Below are positions 9,875 to 20,533 of a stretch of DNA of 64,000 bases, in pieces. The first letter of the stretch is position 1; the number at the start of each line of letters is the position of its first letter. The DNA comes from Candidatus Spongiisociaceae bacterium (GTDB lineage: Bacteria > Actinomycetota > Acidimicrobiia > Spongiisociales > Spongiisociaceae), in the NCBI GenBank assembly GCA_965219685.1, contig CBDCOH010000002.1, positions 3,648,001-3,712,000 of the forward strand, given 5' to 3'. The position numbers and the translations under genes are program-made. A model generated the notes under the pieces. The model was given only the letters and a program-made list of their open reading frames with translations. It was not told where the DNA came from and did not search any database.

Positions 9875-10663
9875 ATGGGCGTCGAACGGTTCGAGCTTTC
9901 GGGACGGCGGGTGATCGTAACGGGCGGTTCGCGGGGCCTCGGCCTCGGGATGGGGATCGGCATGGCCCAGGCGGGCGCCGAGGTGTGGGCTCTGGACATT
10001 CTCGAGGAGCGCTTCGACACGGCCCGGGCGGAAGCGGGCGAGGCCGGGGTCGCAATCGAGTTCGTGGGTTGCGACGTTAGGAGCCCGGAACAGGTGGGGG
10101 AGGTGGCCGCCCGATGCGACGACGGCACGCCGTTGGTGCTGCTGAACAACGCCGGGATCGGAGAGCGTACCCCGATGGCGGATCTGCCCTACGAGGAGTG
10201 GTCGAAGGTCTTGGACGTCAACACCTACGGTGTGTTCGTATGCGCCCGGGCGTTCGGTGAGGTCATGCTGAGCCAGGGAGGCGGCTCGATCATCAACATC
10301 GCCTCCGTCTACGGCTTTCTCGGCCCGGATCCACGAATGTATACCTTCTACGACGGGGGCCCCTCGTCGGCTGCTTACGGCGCCAGCAAGGGAGGGGTGA
10401 TCGCGATCACCCGATCACTGGCGGCGGGATGGGCGGCGCGCGGGGTGCGGGTCAACTCCATCTCGCCGGGAATGTTCATCACCGACCAGACATCCGACAT
10501 CGTCGACGAGACCGGCAAGGCGACCATCCTCGGGAGGACCCCGATGGCCCGGTTCGGCCGTCCCGACGACCTGGTGGGCGCCGCCATCTTCCTCGCGTCG
10601 GACGCCTCCTCCTTCGTAACAGGACACAACCTGGTGGTCGACGGTGGATGGTCCATTTGGTAG
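9875..10663 (+). CDS. SDR family oxidoreductase
   Basis: TGGSRGLG, NNAG, YGASK, VDGG. Confidence 0.95.
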   Translation: MGVERFELSGRRVIVTGGSRGLGLGMGIGMAQAGAEVWALDILEERFDTARAEAGEAGVAIEFVGCDVRSPEQVGEVAARCDDGTPLVLLNNAGIGERTPMADLPYEEWSKVLDVNTYGVFVCARAFGEVMLSQGGGSIINIASVYGFLGPDPRMYTFYDGGPSSAAYGASKGGVIAITRSLAAGWAARGVRVNSISPGMFITDQTSDIVDETGKATILGRTPMARFGRPDDLVGAAIFLASDASSFVTGHNLVVDGGWSIW

Positions 10664-10702
10664 ACCGAACGCTATCGCACCACCTCAAGTCCCGGAGAGG
10701 GT

Positions 10703-11200
10703 TCAGCGATCAACGCACGAGTAGATGATCTGTACCCTCGTTCCCGCTATCGCCCCGCCGCTCTTGGAGCTGAACGTCGGGGTTCCGTCATCCGCCCAGA
10801 CCGCCACGCCTCGACTCTCGACGTAGATGCTGAACCCGTCCCGAGCGGACAAACGAACGGCGTCGGCCAACCCGTATCCGCGCCATAGCTCTCCCGAAGA
10901 GGAGACCCCCGCAGTCAACGCTCGTTCGACAGCCTCGTGGTCCTTCAGATCGGGGAAGGCCCGTCTCATGGTCTCGGGAATACCGACACCATCATCCTGG
11001 ACGGTGATGATCACCTGCTGTCTGTCCCGTTCCGTGAAGACGTTGCCCGCTGCTTCCGCCCAGTGCAACACGTTGAGGCATAGCTCGGTAACGACCGATG
11101 TCAGAGCCGCCAGATCGTTCGGGGGGGCCGGTACCAACTCAGCAACCCGCCGGGCGGCTTCCGAAGGGGACCGCACAGGGAAGTTGTCCAAGGGGGTCAT
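10703..11200 (-). CDS. HATPase_c/anti-sigma-like ATP-binding protein
   Basis: GHKL boxes ELCLNV (N), DDGVGI (G1), RGYGL (G2), GTRV. Confidence 0.75.
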   Translation of the reverse strand: MTPLDNFPVRSPSEAARRVAELVPAPPNDLAALTSVVTELCLNVLHWAEAAGNVFTERDRQQVIITVQDDGVGIPETMRRAFPDLKDHEAVERALTAGVSSSGELWRGYGLADAVRLSARDGFSIYVESRGVAVWADDGTPTFSSKSGGAIAGTRVQIIYSCVDR

Positions 11201-11517
11201 GCGTTGAGTAGTTTGGGCCTCACCTTGCTCTTCGACGTGATCATGGCCAAGTCGATGAAGCGCCAGAGGCGATCCAGCGCCTCCGCTCGCGGTAGCGGTT
11301 CCGAGCTAGACGGATCCAGGGTGGCCCACTGCCAGTAGTTGACGGTGCAATTGGTGCCGATGGCTACGTAGAGCACCGGGTTCTCTCCGAGAGATTCGAG
11401 CATTATCCGGCACGGCAGATCCGGCCGGAGCATGGTCTCCAGAGAGGCGGGACCGACCCTGATCCAATCGAATCTCTCCGCCCTGATCTCGTCGAGCCAG
11501 TCAGTTCCTACCCGCAT
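11197..11517 (-). CDS. Hypothetical protein
   Basis: 106-aa ORF with ATGA overlap to the downstream HATPase gene. Confidence 0.55.
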   Translation of the reverse strand: MRVGTDWLDEIRAERFDWIRVGPASLETMLRPDLPCRIMLESLGENPVLYVAIGTNCTVNYWQWATLDPSSSEPLPRAEALDRLWRFIDLAMITSKSKVRPKLLNA

Positions 11518-11567
11518 GGATCACATGATATAGGGGTACCCAGCGCTGCAAGCGAAAGGCACTCGCG

Positions 11568-11614
11568 TTCGTAACCGGACACAACCTGGTGGTCGACGGC
11601 GGCTGGTCGATCTG
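11568..11614 (+). repeat. Direct repeat of the SDR 3' end (copy of 10613-10659)
   Basis: 42/47 identical; both copies encode FVTGHNLVVDGGWSI. Confidence 0.93.
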
Positions 11615-11620
11615 CCCAGG

Positions 11621-11669
11621 AGTGGTGGTTGGTGACTTGTGGCTGGTGGCTGGTGAATAGTGGTTAGTG
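11621..11669 (+). repeat. Degenerate heptamer array A7 (NNTNGTG x7)
   Basis: AGTGGTG GTTGGTG ACTTGTG GCTGGTG GCTGGTG AATAGTG GTTAGTG. Confidence 0.85.
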
Positions 11670-11690
11670 ATCACTTGAGGCGGGTGCGGC

Positions 11691-11843
11691 TCAGGTACGT
11701 CTGCTCAGCGCGCTACCCAGCGCTACCCCGACGCCGACTCCAATTGCGATGCCGACAGCGATGTTGCCGACCAGAGCGCCCAAGCCTGTGCCGACTCCAG
11801 CACCAAGTGCGATGGCAAGTCCGAGCCGTTTGTTTGATCTCAT
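11691..11843 (-). CDS. Small glycine-zipper membrane protein
   Basis: MRSNKRLGLAIALGAGVGTGLGALVGNIAVGIAIGVGVG has repeated GxxxG motifs. Confidence 0.65.
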   Translation of the reverse strand: MRSNKRLGLAIALGAGVGTGLGALVGNIAVGIAIGVGVGVALGSALSRRT

Positions 11844-11911
11844 CGATTGTGGATCGTACCTGTCACCCGACAACCGTCAACTGGCTACTGTGAGTCCATG
11901 AAGGTCGGTTC

Positions 11912-13039
11912 GTGAATCAGGAGGGCATCCGGAGCCTCTTTCCGGTGCTGGCGGAGCGGGCGTACCTGTTCAGCGGGGGTCTGGCGCCGGCATCGATCCA
12001 CACCCGGGATGCAATCGCTCGGTTCGCCGACGAGAGTACCTTCGACCCGAACGACCGCTACGACCGCCTGGACGACGAGTACCGGGTTGTCCAGGGGTTG
12101 TTCGCGGCGTTGATCGGGGCGGATCCCGGCGAGGTGGTCATAACCGGCAGCACCGGTGCCGGTTCCAACCTGGCGGTGGAGATACTCGATGCGTTCCCGG
12201 GTTCCAACGTCGTGTTCGACACGCTCACCTACCCCTCCTCGGTGTACCCGTGGATGCTCCATGGTCGAGATGTCGAGTGCCGTTTCGTGGAACCCCGGGA
12301 CGGGATGGTCCACATGGATGACCTGGCCGAAGCGGTGGACGACGAGACCATCGCGCTGAGCGTGTCCCACGTGTGTCACATGACCGGATTCCGGCACGAT
12401 CTGGACGCCCTGGGAACCCTGGCCGCCGACCACGATGCGGCGCTGGCCGTGGACGCCATGCAGTCGGCCGGGGCGGTCCGGATCGACGTGCATCGGTCGG
12501 GGGTCCACTTCCTCGCCTGTGGCGCCATGAAGTGGCTGCTGGGGACGGCCGGGGTGGGGTTCCTGTACGTCGACCGGCGCTACCTCGACCGTAAGCCTCC
12601 CCGGACCGGGCTCATCGGGATCGAGTACGACTATCCGTCGTGGCCAGAGTTCGAGTTGGTTCCCAGGCCCGGCGCAGACCGGTTCCGTCTGGGCGCCCCA
12701 CCCCAGATCGGGCTGGCCGCCACCATCCCCGGGCTGCGGATACTGGCGGATGCCGGCATGGGGCAGGTCGAGGAGTACGTACTGGACCTGGCGGGATACT
12801 GCATCGATGAGCTTCTGTCCCGCGGTCTCGATCTGTTCACGCAGCCCGACCCGCGCCGGCGGGCCGGGATAGTCGCCATCCGAATGGAGCACCCGGGGCC
12901 CATGTGCGATCTGATGAGGGAGAGGGGGGTGGACGGCTGGCACTACGCGGACATGCTGCGGGTGGATCCTCACCTGTTCAACAACCGGGAGGACATCGAC
13001 AGGTTCCTGGCCGTGATCGACGAGGTGAACGAGGCCTGA
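11912..13039 (+). CDS. Aminotransferase class V / cysteine desulfurase-like PLP enzyme
   Basis: VDAMQSAG, GAMKWLLG (PLP Lys), RVDPHLFN. Confidence 0.9.
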   Translation: MNQEGIRSLFPVLAERAYLFSGGLAPASIHTRDAIARFADESTFDPNDRYDRLDDEYRVVQGLFAALIGADPGEVVITGSTGAGSNLAVEILDAFPGSNVVFDTLTYPSSVYPWMLHGRDVECRFVEPRDGMVHMDDLAEAVDDETIALSVSHVCHMTGFRHDLDALGTLAADHDAALAVDAMQSAGAVRIDVHRSGVHFLACGAMKWLLGTAGVGFLYVDRRYLDRKPPRTGLIGIEYDYPSWPEFELVPRPGADRFRLGAPPQIGLAATIPGLRILADAGMGQVEEYVLDLAGYCIDELLSRGLDLFTQPDPRRRAGIVAIRMEHPGPMCDLMRERGVDGWHYADMLRVDPHLFNNREDIDRFLAVIDEVNEA

Positions 13040-13075
13040 CCACAGGACGGATCGTGGAGGATGTGAGAGGTGAGC

Positions 13076-15004
13076 ATGAGCAGCCGAGTCGAACGCAACC
13101 AGTTGGTGGCCCTGAGCGACGGCGAGACACTGGCGGTGGATGTCCACCTACCGGACGAACAGCCGTCCCCTGCCATCGTGAGCTACTACCCGTATCACAA
13201 GGACGACGTGATCGGGGGCTTCTTCGAATACGCCAACCGCTACTTCGCCGAGCAGGGCTACGCATCGGTGCTGGCTGACTTCCGGGGACTGGGAAGCTCC
13301 AGCGGGCTGCCCGGCGAGGCGATGAACGCCCGGGAGGCGGACGACGGGGCGGAGTTGGTGGAGTGGATCGCCGCCCAGCCGTGGTGCGACGGTTCGGTGG
13401 GGATGTGGGGACTCTCCTACGGCGGCATCACCTCCTTCAAGACCGCCGCGGTCCGCCCGCCCCACCTGAAGGCGATCGTGCCGGTCATCGGATCAGCCGA
13501 CATCTACCTGGACTGGGTGTATCCGGGAGGGTGCCTCAACTGCCTCGGCCTGATGGGCTGGGGTTCGTACATGGTGGCGATGCAGATGGTGCAGCCCATG
13601 TTCCAGGACCCGGAGGGGCGCTGGATGGAGGTGTGGTGGAACCGGCTCCACAACGCCCGCCCCTACATCCTCGACTGGCATTCACATCCCGAGCGCGATG
13701 CCTTCTGGGACTCGAAGACCACCGCGGTGGAGGACATCGACGTGCCCACCTTCCTGATCGGGGGATGGCGGGACATCTTTCCCGAAGGCATGGTGTCCCC
13801 TTATGGCCGCCTGGCGGGACCGCGCAAGCTGCTGATGGGCCCCTGGCTGCATGGTGCTCCCGACCAGTCGCCCTTCGAACCGGTCGACTACCTGGCTGAG
13901 ATCACCCGCTGGTGGGACCGGTGGCTGCGCGGTGAATCCAACGGTGTCGACGACGAAGCGCCGGTCACCCTCTACGTGCAGGCCGGCGAGGGGAGAGAGG
14001 GCCGCTGGAAGCAGGAACAGGCATGGCCCGTTCCCACGGCCGAGGACACTGTCCTGTTCCTTGATCGAGAAGGACTGTCTCCGACGGTGGCGGAACGGAG
14101 CGGGAGCCGGTCTTACAGGGCCGATCCGACGCTCGGGTCTCTCTCGGTGCTGTGGGATCCGATGGCGTTGGGCCTGGGAAACCCGCAGAACCAGGCGCCC
14201 GAGGACGTGCTGTCCCTTGCCTGCACCTCGGAGCCGCTCGACGCCGCTATGGAGATCACCGGCTCCCCCGAGGCGGTCCTCTATGTGAGCGTGGAGGACG
14301 GTGACGACGTGAATCTGGTCGTCAAGCTGTGCGATGTGGCGCCGTCCGGACACTCGACGCTCATATCCACCGGGTGGCTGAAGTTGAACCACCGGGATTC
14401 CCACCGCCGATCCGTGGCCTTGGTCCCCGGCGAGGTGGTCGAGGCACGGGTCGCCGTATGGGCGACCTCCTACGAGGTGGCTGCCGGACACCGGCTCCGG
14501 GTCTCGGTGTCCTGTGCCGACTTCCCCAGGATCTGGCCCACCATCACCAACCCCCTCATCCGTCTGCACACCGGCGGTGACTACCCCTCGCGAATCACCC
14601 TTCCGGTGGTTCCCGCCGAGGCGTCCGGACCAAGGGTGGACATGCCCCGCCCGGACCCCGGTCTCGACCGCGCGCCGCTGGGAATCGACTACACACCCAA
14701 GCACACTGTGGTCCGCGACCACGCCAAGCAGGCAGTCACGGTGGAGGCAGGCTTCAGTTCTACGATGCACACCCCCAGCATGGACGGCCGGGCCCACGTC
14801 GACACCGAGGCCATCGCCACCGTGTCGCGTCACCGCCCTGACGGTGCCCGCCTGGAAGGCAACACCACCTTCGTGCTCGATACCCCGTCCGGAAGCCGGG
14901 TCGTGGTGGAGGCCCGCACCCGGATCTCCGCCCGTGAGTTGACCGCCTGGGGCCGAGTCGAAGCCGACGGAGTCCTCATCTTCGAGCACCGCTGGCACTC
15001 GTAG
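13076..15004 (+). CDS. CocE/NonD family serine hydrolase 1
   Basis: YPYHK, DFRGLGSS, QPWCDG, GLSYGG, GGWRD, GPWLH. Start 13070 or 13076. Confidence 0.93.
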   Translation: MSSRVERNQLVALSDGETLAVDVHLPDEQPSPAIVSYYPYHKDDVIGGFFEYANRYFAEQGYASVLADFRGLGSSSGLPGEAMNAREADDGAELVEWIAAQPWCDGSVGMWGLSYGGITSFKTAAVRPPHLKAIVPVIGSADIYLDWVYPGGCLNCLGLMGWGSYMVAMQMVQPMFQDPEGRWMEVWWNRLHNARPYILDWHSHPERDAFWDSKTTAVEDIDVPTFLIGGWRDIFPEGMVSPYGRLAGPRKLLMGPWLHGAPDQSPFEPVDYLAEITRWWDRWLRGESNGVDDEAPVTLYVQAGEGREGRWKQEQAWPVPTAEDTVLFLDREGLSPTVAERSGSRSYRADPTLGSLSVLWDPMALGLGNPQNQAPEDVLSLACTSEPLDAAMEITGSPEAVLYVSVEDGDDVNLVVKLCDVAPSGHSTLISTGWLKLNHRDSHRRSVALVPGEVVEARVAVWATSYEVAAGHRLRVSVSCADFPRIWPTITNPLIRLHTGGDYPSRITLPVVPAEASGPRVDMPRPDPGLDRAPLGIDYTPKHTVVRDHAKQAVTVEAGFSSTMHTPSMDGRAHVDTEAIATVSRHRPDGARLEGNTTFVLDTPSGSRVVVEARTRISARELTAWGRVEADGVLIFEHRWHS

Positions 15005-15152
15005 CCCGCAACCTTCCGAAGAGTCAATTAAGGGGGACAGGCACCTCGGCAGGAGGTGGTGGCCGGCAGCGCCTTCGGTCGTCACAGAGGCCCAGTCTTG
15101 CCGGATGAGTCCTAGTAGAATACAGTGAATACACGTATAACAGAGGAGACAT

Positions 15153-15380
15153 ATGCCCACCTCGGTCCGGCTCTCGGCCGAAACTGAGCGGCGGCTCGCC
15201 TTTCTGGCTTCGCACACGGGGCGCACGAAGGCCTTCTACCTGCGAGAGATTATCGATCGCGGACTTGATGACATCGAGGATTACTACCTGGCCGCAGATG
15301 TTCTGGAGCGGCTCCGAAAAGGCGAGGAGAAGGTCCACACCGCCGCGGACGTGAGGAAAGAGCTTGGCTTGGACGATTGA
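15153..15380 (+). CDS. RelB/CopG-like RHH antitoxin
   Basis: SVRLS...TGRTKAFYLRE...EDYYLA; RBS GAGGAG; overlaps the toxin gene. Confidence 0.88.
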   Translation: MPTSVRLSAETERRLAFLASHTGRTKAFYLREIIDRGLDDIEDYYLAADVLERLRKGEEKVHTAADVRKELGLDD

Positions 15381-15630
15381 ATACACGGACACTGCCAGGA
15401 CCCAACTGAAGAAGCTCGATAGGAACATGGCGTCGAGCGTCATGGACTTCATGGACGAGCGCGTGGCGCCGACGGACGATCCAAGGCGGACAGGTCTGGC
15501 GTTGACCGGCCCCATGGGTAGGTTGTGGCGCTATCGGATAGGGCGGTGCCGTGTGATCTGTGACATCCAAGATGATCGGGTGCGCGTCCTGGTGTTGAGG
15601 GTCGGGAGGCGAGACAAGGTCTACCGCTGA
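15364..15630 (+). CDS. relE: RelE/StbE family toxin
   Basis: MAWTIEY..A..QLKKLD, DPR..G.AL.G, WRYRIG..RVICDI, VG.R..VY. Confidence 0.9.
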   Translation: MAWTIEYTDTARTQLKKLDRNMASSVMDFMDERVAPTDDPRRTGLALTGPMGRLWRYRIGRCRVICDIQDDRVRVLVLRVGRRDKVYR

Positions 15631-15677
15631 CGAGCTACCCCTGAACCACGCGCTACCGACACGGTACGAGAGTCGGA

Positions 15678-16655
15678 TCAAGTGCCAGCGAGGATACGCT
15701 TGGGGGTCTCGACCATGATGGTGTGCCACAGGTCGTCAGTGAGACCGATCTCCCGTTCCAGCAGGTCCCGCCCCATCACGGGGAGCCAGGCGTAGCCGCG
15801 GCCGCCGTTGGTGGCCAGATCTTCGGCGTAGCAGACATCGTGTGAGAGGACGATCTTGTCGACGTGGCCGTTGTCGATGAGGCGCTTGATGCTGCCTAGG
15901 ACCCGGCTGCGGTTGAAGCCGGTCATGTCCGGGAGGCTGCCCATGCGGTCGAACGACACGCAGGCGCCGCGGCGGGCGATCTCGGCATGGTACCGGGGAT
16001 AGGGCTGGCCTCCTGAGTGGGCCAGAACTACCCGGCTGAGGTCCACGCCTTCCTGCTCCAGGACGTCCAGTTGCTCCAATCCACCGATACCCCGCGTAGT
16101 GTGGGTGGTCAGGCCGACCCCGGTCTCGATCTGGGCGCGGCCCGCCGCCCGCAGCACCCGTTCCTCGATGGCGGAGAGGCGGTTGTACTGGGCGCCTATC
16201 TCCCCGATGATCCCCGCCTTCACATCGGTCCCTTCCATGCCTTCACGCAGCTCCGCGATGATCTCCTCCGCCAACTGGTCGGTGGACAAATCCCAAAGCC
16301 GAGGCTTGTAGTAGTTCTCGTGGTACCAGCCGGCGCCCATGACGATCTTCAGCCCGCTCCGCTCGGCGGATCGACGCACCGCCAGCGGGGGCGGCAGGGG
16401 CTCGAGGGTGTCCTGGTCGAACATGATCGGGTTGTCGAACTCTCGGAGCCCGCCGCTGGTGAGGTCTACGACGGTGGCGCCGCCGGCCTGGACGAGCATG
16501 TCCAGTTCGATATCGGCGAGTTCGGGGTCGTTGAGGATGTTGGTGAAGATCCAGGCGTCCCGCATCAGGTCGAGGAAGATGTGCTCGTGCATGAGGGTGA
16601 AGCCCAGTTGTTCCACGTCGACGGGACCGGTCACCGTCATCACCTGATCAGCCAT
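15678..16655 (-). CDS. Phosphotriesterase/Php-family metallohydrolase 2
   Basis: VMTVTGPV, MHEHI, GEIG, THT, AHS, SHD; strong RBS before ATG 16655. Confidence 0.92.
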   Translation of the reverse strand: MADQVMTVTGPVDVEQLGFTLMHEHIFLDLMRDAWIFTNILNDPELADIELDMLVQAGGATVVDLTSGGLREFDNPIMFDQDTLEPLPPPLAVRRSAERSGLKIVMGAGWYHENYYKPRLWDLSTDQLAEEIIAELREGMEGTDVKAGIIGEIGAQYNRLSAIEERVLRAAGRAQIETGVGLTTHTTRGIGGLEQLDVLEQEGVDLSRVVLAHSGGQPYPRYHAEIARRGACVSFDRMGSLPDMTGFNRSRVLGSIKRLIDNGHVDKIVLSHDVCYAEDLATNGGRGYAWLPVMGRDLLEREIGLTDDLWHTIMVETPKRILAGT

Positions 16656-16747
16656 CTCCACTCCTCCCGACCATCCAAGTATGGCTTGTGCCATCATGAT
16701 CGACAACGCCGTTCGGAGTGAGGCTACGGCGGCGGGGAGGAGGGGAA

Positions 16748-17707
16748 ATGACCGAGCGCACAGCCTTTTTCAATGGCCACTTCATCCCGGAGTCGGAGTT
16801 ACGGCTGGCGCCGTTCGACGTGGGGGTGCGGATCGGGGAGTTCGTGTTCGAGACCGTCCGAAGCTACGGGCTCCGCCCCCACCGCCTACGCGATCATATG
16901 GACCGCCTCTATGCATCGATGAAGGCCTTGGACATCGAGTGCGGCATGTCAGTCGAGGAGATGGAGGAGGTCACCCACGAGTTGATCGAGCGCAACAAGG
17001 CCACCATCGAGCCCTACGACGACCTGATGTGGAACAACGACTGCTCGCGGGGCATCGCCAAACCCTTCGATCCCGGTCCCTACGACTCGTACGAGAGGAC
17101 CGTGTTCATAGTGTTCATCCCGCTGGGACCGTCCCTGGTCGAAGCACTCGACGGGTTGGAGAACGGGGCACCGGTGGTGATCCCGCCCACCAAGAACATC
17201 CCGGCGAGGTACCTGGACCCGAAGATGAAGAACCGCAACCGTATCCACTACGGGCAGGGCATGAGGGAGGCCCGCAAGGTGGATCCCAGAGCCGAGGCCC
17301 TGTTCGTGGACGACGACGGCTACATCACCGAGGGCGGCGGGGCCAACTTCCTGATCGTGAAGGACGGCGCCATCATTTCGCCAGAGGGACGCAACATCCT
17401 GCGGGGGGTCACCCGGGAGGACGTGAGGGACCTTGCGCCGCAACTGGACATGGAGTTCGTGGAGACCAACATCGAGCCTTACGACGTGATGACCGCCGAC
17501 GAGGCCTTCTTCGCCTCCACGCCGTTCTTCGTGATGCCGGTGACCAGCATCGACGGCCGGACCATCGGGACCGGGAGGCCCGGTCCGGTCGTGCATCGCC
17601 TCATCGACGCCTTCGCCCAGCAGGTGGGCGTGCATCCGATCGAACAGGCTCGCAAGATCGCCCAGCCGTACCTGGCCGACCGCCCGAGGGGCTCCAGACC
17701 TTATTAG
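16748..17707 (+). CDS. Aminotransferase class IV (branched-chain/D-amino acid type)
   Basis: VFET.R, HMDRL, K in PKMKN, ITEGGGAN, ILRGVTR, ADEAF. Confidence 0.92.
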   Translation: MTERTAFFNGHFIPESELRLAPFDVGVRIGEFVFETVRSYGLRPHRLRDHMDRLYASMKALDIECGMSVEEMEEVTHELIERNKATIEPYDDLMWNNDCSRGIAKPFDPGPYDSYERTVFIVFIPLGPSLVEALDGLENGAPVVIPPTKNIPARYLDPKMKNRNRIHYGQGMREARKVDPRAEALFVDDDGYITEGGGANFLIVKDGAIISPEGRNILRGVTREDVRDLAPQLDMEFVETNIEPYDVMTADEAFFASTPFFVMPVTSIDGRTIGTGRPGPVVHRLIDAFAQQVGVHPIEQARKIAQPYLADRPRGSRPY

Positions 17708-17750
17708 TGGTGAGTGGTGAGTGGTGAGTGGTGAGTGGTGAGTGGTGAGT
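17705..17750 (+). repeat. Heptamer array A3, left part, (TGAGTGG)n
   Basis: Starts at the TAG stop of the aminotransferase; interrupted by the IS. Confidence 0.95.
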
Positions 17751-17802
17751 TGAACCGCCCCGGTTACCCCGGAGACTCGATTAGTTGGGAGATAATGGAG
17801 TC

Positions 17803-19043
<1,241 letters not shown>

Positions 19044-19073
19044 AACACTCTCCGGCAAACCCGGGGCGGTTCG

Positions 19074-19139
19074 AGTGGTGAGTGGTGAGTGGTGAATGGT
19101 GAATGGTGAGTGGTGAATGGTGAATGGTGAATGGTGAAT
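19074..19139 (+). repeat. Heptamer array A3, right part
   Basis: TGAGTGG/TGAATGG units in phase with the left part once the IS and its TSD are removed. Confidence 0.95.
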
Positions 19140-19196
19140 CTGGATCAACCTGTAAGGGTACTCGGCGGCTTACATCCAACGGGCAACGGGCAACTA
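19139..19196. repeat. Dispersed core motif plus AACGGGC heptamers (copy 1)
   Basis: TCTGGATCAACCTGTAAGGGTACTCGGCGG is 26/30 identical to 55507-55536; followed by AACGGGC AACGGGC AACTAG. Confidence 0.85.
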
Positions 19197-20015
19197 GTAC
19201 AGGGCGGCTTTGATCTGCGCGACGAGGTTTGGGTCCAACTGATGGAAGGTGCTGGCAAGCGCCCACGGACCGTTTATGGAGGCCACGCCCCCGTCGATCG
19301 GGATGACAGCGCCGGTCACGAAGCGGGAACGGGGCGAGCAGAGCCAGGCGACCAGTTCGGCCACCTCGTCGGGGTTACCGATCCTGCGTCCGGGTAGCAC
19401 GGTGTCGTAGAAGCTCAGGTCTGCCGCGCCCAGCATCGGCGTGTCGATCGCGCCGGGAGCGATCACGTTGACGGTGATCTCGTGTTGGGCGAGTTCGGAG
19501 GCCAACGGACGGGCCATGCCCTCCAGGGCCGCCTTGCTGCCCGTGTAGGGGATGTCACCGGCTTGCCCGCGGGCGGCGGCGATCGACGACCACATGATGA
19601 TCCGCCCACCGTCGCCCTGCCCGATCATCTGGCGGGCGGCGTTCTTGACGCAGTAGAGCGTGCCGAAGGTGTTGATGCGGAAGATCCGCTCCACGTCGTC
19701 GTAGTCCATGTCGACGATGCTGTTCCAGCCCGCCCATACGGCGGCCGCGGTGGCCAGGATGTACGCCGGTCCCAGAGAGCTGCCGATCTCGTCGAAGGCC
19801 TCCGCGACCAGGTCCGGGTCCGAGGTGTCGACCGCCAGCGTGAGCATGTCGTCTTCGAGCGTGGCGAGACCGTCGGTGTTCAGGTCGAGGGCCGCCACCG
19901 TCGCTCCTGCTCGATGCAGCCGGAGCGCAGTGGCCCTGCCCTGACCTGAAGCCGCCCCGGTCACCACGGCAACACGCCCGCTGAGATCGAGTACGTCCAT
20001 GTCGGATCCGCCCAT
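19194..20015 (-). CDS. SDR family oxidoreductase
   Basis: TGAASGQG, YTGSK, APGAIDT, IDGG; RBS GGAGGA. Confidence 0.93.
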   Translation of the reverse strand: MGGSDMDVLDLSGRVAVVTGAASGQGRATALRLHRAGATVAALDLNTDGLATLEDDMLTLAVDTSDPDLVAEAFDEIGSSLGPAYILATAAAVWAGWNSIVDMDYDDVERIFRINTFGTLYCVKNAARQMIGQGDGGRIIMWSSIAAARGQAGDIPYTGSKAALEGMARPLASELAQHEITVNVIAPGAIDTPMLGAADLSFYDTVLPGRRIGNPDEVAELVAWLCSPRSRFVTGAVIPIDGGVASINGPWALASTFHQLDPNLVAQIKAALY

Positions 20016-20445
20016 AGGGTCCTCCTGTCGCAACTGGGAAGAGGGTACCCATTATGCGATCAGCGTCCTTCGGGAGGAGCCGTTGTCGCCGGGGTCCAGG
20101 AATCGTTCGCAGCAGACTCCGACGCTCCGGAAATCCTGGAGGCGGAAGGGCGCCTACCCTCCCGACACCGCGAAAAGCGCCCGACGGACCTCTGCCGAGG
20201 GCCCTCCCCCAGCCACCACCTCCGTTGGCTCCGGGCGCGTTCCTCTACTCCTGATGAGGGTCGGCCTGGGCGATCTGATCCCTGCCACGGTCCGTCCGGC
20301 GCCGGGAGACGGACCGTCGGTGTTTACGGCTGCATATCAGTATGCGACATACCTGCGACATGTCAACCCCCCTCTCTGCGGTGTCGACGAGGCACGGCCA
20401 ATCGGTTGACACCTAGGGGTGGGAGTGCTTGGATAACTTGGAAAA

Positions 20446-20459
20446 TGGGAACGTTCCCA
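20446..20459. promoter_or_regulatory. LacI-type operator palindrome
   Basis: Perfect palindrome TGGGAACGTTCCCA upstream of the sugar ABC operon; TTGACA at 20406. Confidence 0.7.
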
Positions 20460-20533
20460 GCCATGGAATGGAGTTCGGTACCGCCTCTCTAGAACGAGTT
20501 CGGAACCCCATTCTCGGAAGAGAAGGAAAGGGT

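Noticed and set aside
15021-15036. GAGTCAATTAAGGG as a third copy of the composite core
   Set aside because: Only a short gapped match, with no flanking heptamer arrays.
14990-15690. CGCTGGCACT at both convergent gene ends around relBE, as inverted terminal repeats
   Set aside because: Only 10 bp, inside coding sequence, and plausibly coincidental.
20190-20320. Riboswitch or hammerhead candidate (AGTAGAGG on minus, CTGATGAG on plus)
   Set aside because: The remaining conserved elements are not recognisable; only a simple hairpin at about 20288-20318 is evident.
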